A stretch of DNA of 63,965 nt, counting the filler, from Thelocarpon superellum (taxonomy: Eukaryota): the NCBI GenBank assembly GCA_026025795.1. It is 4 parts of 4 records of this genome, joined end to end, with 100 filler letters (N's around TTAATTAATTAA, not from the genome) between each part and the next. Parts side by side here need not be neighbours in the genome. Positions count along the whole stretch, not along the records: positions 34,524 to 51,678 come from JAPEUG010000380.1; positions 51,779 to 63,965 come from JAPEUG010000489.1; 2 more parts are not named here. One strand, written 5' to 3'. Numbering within the stretch: position 1 is the stretch's first letter; each line of letters starts with the position of its first letter. Position numbers and translations under genes: made by a program. Below are positions 48,574-58,221 of this stretch, piece by piece. Under the pieces are notes generated by a model that saw nothing but the letters and a program-made list of their open reading frames with translations, made no database searches and was not told the origin of the DNA.

Positions 48574-48655
48574 TGTGGCAGGTAGGGAATCGAACCCTAG
48601 ATGTCATATAACTGTAGAATAGAAGAAGGAAATCTTACCACTACACCATGTGGCT
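48574..48655 (-). other. tRNA-like (Gly-like) Pol III A-box/B-box module inside the hAT element; degenerate, not a functional tRNA
   Basis: Minus strand TGGTGTAGTGGTAAGATT...TAGGG-TTCGATT-CCCTA (intact T-arm); acceptor and anticodon stems do not pair. Confidence 0.6.
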
Positions 48656-48959
48656 AGGAGTTGTTGTGGGCGACTCAATAGGGCTATATTGCTATAGTGG
48701 TGGAACACCTGTTATTGCTAGGAAGAAGCTCTTCAAACAGCTACCCCTACAACCAGCACCTGGTTCTATAATTATTACAGCAGGAAATGATGATTCAGGA
48801 GCAGCTTGGAAGGTGTATTATATTGCTTGCTAGCTAGCTAGTGGTCTAGTTGTCAGCACTTCCTAGCATGGCCAGAAACCTGCAGTAGGCCTACCCCCCC
48901 CCCCTCTTCTGACTCAACCAATGAGCTAGCAAGAGACTCAGAGAACTGGGTCTCTTGCT

Positions 48960-51000
48960 ATTGACTATTGTTGTTTGAAAGCTCTTCTAAGCCTTTGTCA
49001 AGGGGTGCAGTCTCCTGTTGTGTCTCAGGCTTGCAGCAGGAGACTGAGTCAGTCACCCCCCCCCCCATACCCCCCCCCCTGATCCATCCAATCACTGCTG
49101 TAGCTATGTCCACCTCTTCCTGTTTGTCGCTAGCTGTTGATTGTTCCATGACCTCACCCACCCACATCACCTCATCCTCAAGGTCTAGTATATCTGTAGT
49201 TGTAAGGTTGTTGAATCATATAGGTGTATTGCACTTGCCAAGCACTTGCTTGTTAGTATAGATATACTGTAGCATATTGACACAGCGCACATCTAGGGAA
49301 TTCTAAAGCTTTGTATAGGTGAGGTTCTGTGTTGAGAAGGCCCACTCTGAAGGCACCAAGTTCACTAGTGTTTTGAATAATTGTTTCACAAGCAGGGCCA
49401 GCCCAGGCGCCTCGCTCTAGCACATCTGCCAGAAGAGCCAGGGCTTCCACCAGTCTTGCCAGCAGTCAGATTCTAGCTGGAAAGCGTCCTCTTGGAACTG
49501 GAAGGAGAGGAATTGACCCCAGACATTGTTATACAAGTCCAGATCCATGTATTGTCAAAGGAAGCCAAGTATGTGGTGTTGTTGATCTAGATCCAGAGGG
49601 TGAGATACCAAGGCAGGGTCTAGAGTGTAGGTGGTCCAATGGAGTGTGTGGACCTGCTTCTTGAGTTGACAAGGCTACAAGAACTTCAGGAACTCCTCAA
49701 GATGAGGCTGGAGCACCTCGCTGACCTGACTAACTGATGTCTGGAGGTGGTCCTCCAGCAAGAGCCAGTGAGGCACAACCTGGTGAACGAAGGCCTGTTT
49801 GCCTTTAGAACAGACCTGCGCCACATGGATGGGGGTGAGGATGACCTGCAGGTCATCCAGCACACCCTAGAACAACAGATTGACAATTGTCAAGCACACA
49901 GTGTTGTCAATCTTCAACACTGGGTTGGTGGTGAAGTCCTTCAACACCTGGCGATTCTTGTTGAGGCTCTTGATTATCCAGATCTGAGAGCCCCAACAAG
50001 TCACCACAGAGGCCAGAAGTGCTTGTCATTGTCTATAGAGGAGGACCTGCTTCTCACAAAGAAGCTTGTATTGTTGTAGGGCACAGCAGAGGGCAGTGAC
50101 AATTGCAGAGGTGTGGGAGTGGATGGACTGGAAGAAGGGTATATCTAGAACATCTTTTATTAGCAGCTGTAACCCATGACTATCACAAGGAACAAAGAAG
50201 ACATGACATAGATCATTGCAAGATTCCAGCAATCTCCAGATCTTCCACATGAGGCTACACATATCTGTAGCCAACAAATTGACTCAATCAAGTCTTCTGT
50301 TTGTAGTATGTCATAGTTTGTTGTGAATCCAGGCAGTGTAGTTTGTGGCATCTATCCTCTTTGTGCTAATAGCCTCCAACCTCAGGTAGTAGACCCCACC
50401 TGGTGTATGCAGGCAGAGGTTGACAATCCATTGGAACCAGACATTGGTCAACTTGTTGGTGACAAAGTTGAGTAGGGTAGTGGCATTGATGTGTTTGTTG
50501 ACTTGCAGCTTTGTTGCTGTGTAGCACTCATCCAGGAGTTGTCCTAAGAGCATGTGCCAGTCCAGAGGTTTGTAAGCTGTATTGAGGGCTGTCAGGAAGG
50601 TCTGCATGCTTAGCTTAGCAAATAGAGCAAATGGGCGTCCACCACAGTAGACAGCCATTGCTGCAAGACAATCCAGGTGCTGTTTCATGGCAGTTGAAAT
50701 TGACTGAACTGATAGGCAAGGCTGTTGGAGCTTGGTATGTGCTGCTTCTTCTGTGATGTCATTCTGTTCATCCTACTAGGCCATTGCTTGAAGGTAGGCA
50801 CCACAGGAAGCAAGGTGATGCTGTTGACAAATCGTATTCTGAGCTAGCTAGTAGGGGCAGAATCGGCATTTGACACAGAAGCACTATTCCATGTAGTTAG
50901 CATACTGTAACAAGTATTCCTAGGAACTCACCTTCTCCCTAGGAGCTCCTATAACAGTAACAAATTGACCAGTGACATCAATCACACCTGGTCAGCCCAT
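48960..51000 (-). pseudogene. hAT transposase pseudogene (BED finger, catalytic core, dimerisation domain)
   Basis: From ATG 51000: VKCRFC...HHLASC, PCDSHGLQLLIKD, FWQMC*...TLVNLVPSEWAFS...TKL*NSL, YIYTN; many stop codons. Confidence 0.9.
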
Positions 51001-51678
51001 GGTGTACTATTGTGAAGAATCTGTGTGGTGTTGAGCCTGGCAGCTGTTCTTACAGGTAGGCTTCATACCAGCTAACCCTGATAGGAAACTTATTAACCTA
51101 ATATGGCTAGGTAGCACATGACCTCGGTTAGTAAATTACCACTAAAATGAGTAAATTACCACGCTAGTGGTTTAAAACAACCAGCCCGAGTAAATTACGG
51201 TTTTTTACCAGCCCTACTGTATATATGTCAAGTCCTACTGTGACCTAGCAGAGCCCCAGCATTCAACTCGAGTAATACGAGGAGGCCAGGAATAGGTCTA
51301 CGAGCCCTATCGAGTCACAACGTTCACCCTCATTGACTAGACGTAGTACGTCTTCTGTCTCCGCCTAAGCGTAGGCCTCGTCATCACATATTGAATCTAT
51401 CGATGGAGACCATATATATGATTCCTACCAAGATATTTGTCCCCACAGGCCTTGCCAACAAGACAACGACACCTCGCCGGCTCCCACTAGCCTGTCCGAA
51501 GCCCATTTCTCACAGGTGCACAGCTTCGGCGACGCAGCCAGTGGCGTGTAGATCATTGTCCACCAGTTGTAATGTTACAGGTCTGTTTGGGCCGTAGGAT
51601 TACAGTCAGGGAACCTAGTCCTCTCCATTCCGAAACGATAGAACGTGCTTCCTGATGCAGTTGATGAAACGAACCTCT

Positions 51679-51778
51679 NNNNNNNNNNNNNNNNNNNNNN
51701 NNNNNNNNNNNNNNNNNNNNNNTTAATTAATTAANNNNNNNNNNNNNNNNNNNNNNNNNNNNNNNNNNNNNNNNNNNN
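51679..51778. other. Artificial contig linker
   Basis: 44N-TTAATTAATTAA-44N. Confidence 0.98.
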
Positions 51779-51886
51779 ACGCTGCCTAGCTTCTTTGCTG
51801 GAGGTATACGTTTTGAGTCTCTGGTATCAGCCTGCTCTCTTCCCTTAACCCAGTCCATTTGCAGCCTTCCTCACCGCAACATCACC

Positions 51887-52390
51887 ATGCGCAGCTTCAG
51901 CCTCGTCGTTCTGGCCCTTACTGCCGCCACCACGCCTCTAGCCTCCGCCGTCAGCCTGACTGTCAGCAACCAGGAAGCACTCGCGGCGAGAATCTGGGTG
52001 ACCAAGCGATGCCCGAACTATGATGATAACTTCCTCCTGTCAGCCGCGGGCAATTATGACCAGGGCAACGACACCACCAAGGCGCAAATCGCGGACGAGA
52101 TCCTGCACACCTATTGCGCTGCAGAGGGTGTGCAAAATCTTACGGACATCCTCACGCAAGTCAGGGCGATTGGAGCGACGTTCTTCATCGGGGAAAGGTG
52201 CAAACCCTACCTCGATACTGTACGAGCGGCAGTAGGGTACATCAATGCCGCCCCGAACTCGGCGGAACAAAGCAAGGCCCAAGACATCCTCACCAGCTTG
52301 TGCGCCAACCTCAATCCTTCTGTGATCGTGCCTCAGATCTATGCTCTCGCCAACGGGACAACAGTGGATCTAGATGAGATCGCTCTCTGA
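51887..52390 (+). CDS. Small secreted protein (167 aa, 4 Cys, internal two-fold repeat)
   Basis: Good start context (CACCATG), signal peptide MRSFSLVVLALTAATTPLASA, intronless, N-glycosylation sequons. Confidence 0.85.
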   Translation: MRSFSLVVLALTAATTPLASAVSLTVSNQEALAARIWVTKRCPNYDDNFLLSAAGNYDQGNDTTKAQIADEILHTYCAAEGVQNLTDILTQVRAIGATFFIGERCKPYLDTVRAAVGYINAAPNSAEQSKAQDILTSLCANLNPSVIVPQIYALANGTTVDLDEIAL

Positions 52391-53917
52391 TGCAGCGGCT
52401 CAGATCATCTCGTGCGGCGCTCAAGAGAGACTCCATATGGGCTGGACGAGGGAGCGTTCATCGGCAGGGTAGATTATCAGGCTCCATAGACTTACGGTTT
52501 CTCCGTGGGTTATTCATAGTATATCCGTTGATGAATCCACGTCGCGCAAGTGCAACCTAGACGAGTACGCCCCCGCAGGATGGGTTTTCAAAGAGCTTCC
52601 CCGCCGGCGTCAGCACCAACGCCGGTGGTCTATACTGACAACAAGATGCAGGCAATGCGAGCTAGCAGATCAGCCCCGCCGGTACCATGCCAGCTCTGAC
52701 GTTGCAGGTCCTTTGCCGGTCCTTTGTAAGAGAGGTCGCCGGACATGACCGCTGCATTATTGGATAGGAAACGGTTGACAACCTCCGTTGGGGCCGACTC
52801 GTGACTGGCGGTCACGATTCAGCAACAAGGAGATTCATCGAGTATCGCCCGTCGTCCCGAACGAGCTCAATAGGTCAGGGCGATCTGGACGGATTGGTGA
52901 AGAATACGTCCCGTAAGCTCAAGCGTTAGGAGTAAGCGTTGAACCTGAGCAATTGGCTCCAACTTCCACGAAAGGCAAGGGACCCGTCGATCCGAAGCGT
53001 GAGTGGCGAGATAACGCTCATGATTGCTGTTGCCAATTTTCATGCACCCTGTGACCGTAAAGCTGGTCGCGCATTCCCATTCCCCACAATTCCGACAGAG
53101 AAAGGTTCTTGTACTCGACACCATGGTTCGAGAGGCACAGACCAGAAACACGACCGGACGGTCGTCAAACGGGTTTTGCTGCGAAGACGCGGTTCGACCG
53201 AGATCACCGCAGGATAGGGTTGCTTGCGGTCATGAAGAGTTCGGTAACATTACCGATTACCTGGCGTCTGTACGCCGCCAAGTCGCGTCCTGGGTCTCGG
53301 TCGCGTCCAGGGCGGTCGTCGTGTTCCGGCGTCAGTGCCGGAGCGTCCTGTGGGAGCGTGGCCGGCTTATCAGTAGGAGCTCAGGAAATTGTTCTCATTT
53401 GCCAGCTAGGAGTAAAGCCGGGCCCGAGACCGAAACGCCAGGCAAACAGGGATCGTCGTGAAACCATAGCGATCGGAAACAGCGGCCCATATAAGGACGA
53501 GGACGGCGCGCTCATGAGCGTTGGGCTTTCCGCTTGGAAACCGGAAAGTACAAATGCTTGCACGAGGGCGCTCCGGTTGGACAGGCATTATGCGGCACGC
53601 ATTGGTGACCGGCAGGCGCCTCCGTGCATGAACGTATGAATCGCGGCCGAAATCCGCAGGCGCCATTCAATAGTCGGAAGATATCTTGCGAGTATGGTGC
53701 GGAATTAGGGCACGGGTACAAGTACTCGCACAAGTTTTCGTTCGCCTTACTCGTACCGTCGTACTGCGGACGCATGTACTCGCTTTCTCAACGACGAGAG
53801 AAGCGCGTGGGAAGCAAGCAATTTTAGCGAAGTTGCACGGTTGGCGGGTCGCCATTGACGGTCGGGTGATGGTGGATCTGCGGTGGCGAGATTGTCGCCC
53901 GTGTCGCTCCAGGTCTT

Positions 53918-53963
53918 ATCGAAATTCACTGGCTAGTAGTACCACTGGCCAGTGAATTTTGAT
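53918..53963. repeat. 46-bp near-perfect spacerless palindrome
   Basis: ATCGAAATTCACTGGCTAGTAGT|ACCACTGGCCAGTGAATTTTGAT; 20 of 23 pairs are Watson-Crick. Confidence 0.85.
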
Positions 53964-56805
53964 GGAGCCAAGCGGGAGTGAACCTCCATCACGGCCGCCG
54001 GTCTACCCGATCAGGACAAGCCGGACAGTCTGACAGGTCCAGCCAGGTTTCTGGTGCATAACCTACCCGCAACGTAGATGAAGGAGATCTTGTCGCGTCG
54101 CGTACTTCGCTCCGGACGATCGTCACGTAGGCTTCTGGGGAACCTGGGATCTTTAAGTGGGGCCGTCCATCGTCACCAGGCCGTTGCGATACTCGTACTT
54201 GCTGCACAGGGACGTACAAGTATCTTTCATCGTTGCGCAGCAGGACGTACTGGTCCGTACCTCTTGGGCGGCGAAACCAAGTACCTCGTTCCTCCCGAGG
54301 TGAGGTCGACATTCTTGCAGTTGCCCAGTCACTACGACGAGGTACGAACCTCCTAGAAGACTGGAGCCTACCGAGACCTTTTGGCGACCCTCGCCAAGCA
54401 CTCGCACCCCAGTCGTTCTCTTCGTACTCCTACCAATCGAGGGACTGCGTGAGTGCAAGTGCAGTGCGACAGCAACGCCTGCTCGACCATGGGATCTATC
54501 GACTCCTGATTCCCGACTCCCGATTCCCGATCCCCGAGTACGGTGGGTCGAGTTGCTTCAACCCGAGCACGATTCCAGCAGCACGACTTTCCTCATCGGC
54601 GCATGTCCGTAGCGACCTGGCAGGTATCAGTGTACAGCTCCACCGTGACAATGCGCCCTGGTCCGTGTGGAGAAGTGGGGTAAGGAAGGGATGACATCGG
54701 AGCCCGCATTTCGGCGCCATCGTCGTGGCGACGGTGGCCACATCGCTCCAGGCCAACGGGGAGTCCGCCATCAGGAATGGAGTCGTCAGCCACTGCTGGT
54801 CTCGCACTTGCTTGCATCGTCCTCCCGATAAGTACAGGTAGCAGTGATACCACGGAAGACGGAATTCCGACTTTGGGATGTCGGCCAAAAATAGTCCCCG
54901 AGGGGATTGTTGTGCTTTTTAGGGTGGAGTCGCGAAAAGTTAGTGTGGGTCAGATTCAAAGGCTTCTCTTCGAGGGTGTCCGGGGTGGAACTCTGGTGTG
55001 GAAGTCCCAGCGTGGATGCAGGCGCGAGGCGGTAGTGTGAGCTTGGTGTCAGACCCACCCGCTAAAACAGGCTCGGCGTCTTCAAGTGGGTGTCGGCCGC
55101 ACGGTACTCGGAATTGCAGCTATCCAGAGCAGCTCCCGCTCCGCGTACGAGTACGAACAACACTGGCTCGTCACCGTCGACAGCGGAGCAGATCGGTCGG
55201 GAGCACCGCCAGCACGCGCGCACGAGGCCCAAAGCCAAAGGTGTGGCGCGCATGATGGAGGTGTGCGACAATCATGCATGAGCAGAACGTGAGACCCCTA
55301 CACGAGATATTTTGGTGGCCGACCGGCCGACCGGCCGACCAGAAATCTTTCGTAGCTCTCAGACTGCAAGTCTAGTAGCAGGACCAAGTAGCGACTCCTC
55401 CGCGGACGACGGAGCTCTGAACGAGTAGGGCATGCAGTGCACGGCCATGTCCAATCCAGACCGACGCTCTGTCACGACATGGGCATGGGGCGGGAGAGCG
55501 TCGATGCTGGCGATTGCCTCGATTGCGACGATTAGGAGAGGATGCGCGAACGTGGAGGAGCTTGCTGGCGCGGCCGTGATCTCGCGGGCGCAAGCGGGAG
55601 CTACATGTGCAGACGCGCGAGCAGCAGCGTACGAGGGCGTGGGCGGCGTAAAGAGGCGTAATCTCCAGAGCGTTATTGCGGTCCGCTTGGCTTTATCTCG
55701 GCCGACTGAATTGGCCAGTCAGCTACATCCTGGTCGCGGCCTCCTGCTCTGTTGGACTAGAGGCTGCCGAAGGACGGGCCCCCCGTCTGGCGCGGATCGT
55801 CCACCCAAGTCTGCCGGGGTGGCTGCCCGTTGGTGACTTGGTTAGCTCCGCGCTCAGGTTCACCGTCAGCGCGACCCTCTGCATCGCCCCTTCGTCATGG
55901 GCGTGTCGCAGCGGAGACATGCGTCGCTGCGTCGCATGCGTTGGAGGGTCGACGAGGAGGCCGCAGAGGGGGCTGGTCGCACTGGATCGGTCCTCGTGCC
56001 ACGCAGGGCAGGACTGGAGCCCGCACGCATGGAGCAGTTGGAACAGGCAACGAGGATCCAGTCCTCGGTTGACCTCCCAAGTCGCTATGCCGCTCTAGCT
56101 CCGTCGGGGACTAGCCCCGTCTTTGATCCCGCTGCACGCTGGGCTCGTTGCTCTCGCTTGGCGCCAGTGATCCCTAGCCGCGCCCAATCTCGTAGCAGTC
56201 GGATGGAAGTTTTGTTGTGCTATCCCTATTTTTCTCGTCACTCGCCCCTTCCTCGCCCACGCCGCCGCAGCGCTCTCTCCCCCAAACCCCGACGCTTCCC
56301 TCCCCGACTTCATACCCGACCGGGTGATTTCTTCTTCTCGACCGCTCGCTGCCACTCTTCTGTCGTACCGCTCGCACGACGACTGCCTCTTCGGACGCAC
56401 TGCTCGCACGCGTTCGGTTTTGGTTCGCTGATTGTTGTCCATCCCGATCGGTGACCTGACTCTCGCTAAACCCACTCGGTCCGCCACATCCACCTCTTCT
56501 CCCATCGTCCACAGTCTTCACCATCGATCCATTCTACCACTCCATCCCATCCCAGTTTCAATTCCACATCTTCACCTCACCTCTTGCCTCGAGCTGCCTG
56601 ACTCGCGCCGCCACTGCGTGCTCTTAATCATATCGGCTTGTAATTACACGGTTCCCCTTCATGTCAGTCCACGTCCTCCTCACCACCCGCCTCGGTCGTC
56701 CCTAGACCGCAGACGTGTGGACCGCACGCGTCTGAGCTGAGCGCCACGAGTGAGAGCCTTGCTGACCATGTCCGATTCTGCAGCCTTCGTCCTTAGGCCG
56801 GTGAA

Positions 56806-58221
56806 ATGGCGTCTCTCAAATACGTCGTGTCGGTGCTCGCGGTCGCTGGTAGTGCGCTCGGTGAGTCCACGCTTCCTCATGTTTCCACGGCCGTATCCCC
56901 GCCTGCGATCCTCCATCGACCCGACAGGGCGATCGAATGTGTGATGAGGTTACCCATCCAACACCTATCACCCTCATCGCGGCGACGGATGTGCAAGAGA
57001 AAGACGAGCACTTGCTGACACCCACGGTAGCGCAAAATGGCTGCTCGGCCGACTCCAACACGATCCAGAGCCAAGGAGATGCGTCAGCTCTGAGCAACTG
57101 TGCGACCATCTCGGGAGACGTGATCATCGCCTCCGAGGTCGCCGGCACGATCTCGCTGGACGGTGTGCAGAAGATTAATGGCCAGCTCAACTGCACCAAC
57201 TCCTTTGGCCTCACATCCATTGAAGCCGACGACCTGACCACCATCGGCAAGGGCTTTGTGCTCAACAACCTGACGACCCTCTCGGGCCTCATCTTCCCCC
57301 AACTCACGGAAGTCGACTCAATCCAATGGGAGGCGCTGCCGGCGCTGCAGAATCTGACCTTCGCCCAGTCCGTCCAGCAGGCTACCAACGTGCTCATCAG
57401 CAACACGCAGCTGCAGTCGCTCCAGGGCATTGACCTGATGATGGTGGAGAACTTCAACATCAACAACAATCCCTACTTGACCAGCATCACCACCCAGCTG
57501 AGCAACATCACCACGTCGCTCACCCTCCAGGCCAACGCCAAGAGCCTTGTCGCGTCCTTCCCCGACTTGCAGACTGCGCTAAACATGACCTTCCGGAACA
57601 TCAGTGGCATCAACGTTCCGGCGCTGTCGACCGTCAACGGGTCCCTCGTGCTCGACGACAACTTCTTCACGTCCTTTTCCGCTCCCAACCTGACCCAGTG
57701 CGGTGGTATCAGTGTTGCCGGCAACAGCCAGCTTACCAACATCTCGCTGCCGTCCCTGACGACCATCAACGGTGGATACCAGATCGCCAACAACACGGCG
57801 CTGCTGTCGATCGATGGATTCCAGAACTTGAAGGTGGTTGCGGGCGCCATCGACTTCAGTGGCAACTTCACCAAGTAAGTCATCCCGTCCCCAGGCTCTG
57901 GTCAATGACGATGAATCATGGCATGGCTGACCGTGGTGAAGTGCGTCCCTGCCGGCCTTGGCCGACGTCAAGGGTGGCTTCAACCTGCAAACCTCGGCCA
58001 CCTTCGACTGCGATCCCTTCCAGACCGACTCGAGCAACGGCGTTATCAAGGGCACGTACGTGTGCGCTGGCAAGCAGGTCGATCCCGGCACTGCCGGTCA
58101 CCCGACGAGCAGCGGCGCCTCCCCGACCAAGAGCGGCTCAGCCAACCAGCAGAACGTCAACGCGGCGGCGGTGGTGGGACTCTCCTCGTTCATCGGTGGG
58201 ATGCTGCAACTGGTCTTGTAG
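56806..58221 (+). CDS. ECM33: GPI-anchored cell-wall protein Ecm33 (receptor L-domain-like), 3 exons
   Basis: Signal peptide MASLKYVVSVLAVAGSA, IQSQGDASALSNC, WEALPALQNL, NINNNPYL, GAIDFSGNFT|NASLPALADVKGGFNLQ, hydrophobic GPI tail; second intron 57875..57940 uses an AAG acceptor. Confidence 0.93.

Larger units (their letters stand above)
48408..51216 (-). mobile_element. hAT-superfamily DNA transposon, 2809 bp, full-length but inactivated
   Basis: 8-bp TSD CTGTATAT at 48400-48407 and 51217-51224. TIRs TAGTGCTGGTAA / TTACCAGCCCTA (11/12). Subterminal GTAAATTAC repeats. AT-rich and CpG-poor. Confidence 0.93.
48316..51388. mobile_element. Putative inner solo LTR (~256 bp: 48316-48407 + 51225-51388) interrupted by the hAT element
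   Basis: TGTAAGG...CATCACA termini, flanks TATC/TATT; the reconstituted empty site restores CTGTATATATG (TATA-like) after CATGTG E-box-like motifs. Confidence 0.45.
48293..51579. mobile_element. Putative outer solo LTR (~210 bp: 48293-48315 + 51393-51579) interrupted by nested insertions
   Basis: TGTAAGAT...ATGTTACA termini (7/8 inverted match), flanks GGGC/GGTC, internal TATA-like CATATATATG ~51412. Confidence 0.4.

Noticed and set aside
48574..48655. Functional tRNA gene
   Set aside because: Acceptor and anticodon stems do not pair; kept only as a tRNA-like module
52500..56400. Many short ORFs and recurring GTACGAG/CTCGTAC words in a gene-poor stretch
   Set aside because: No ORF shows a recognisable domain or splice structure, and motif enrichment cannot be established without counting against background
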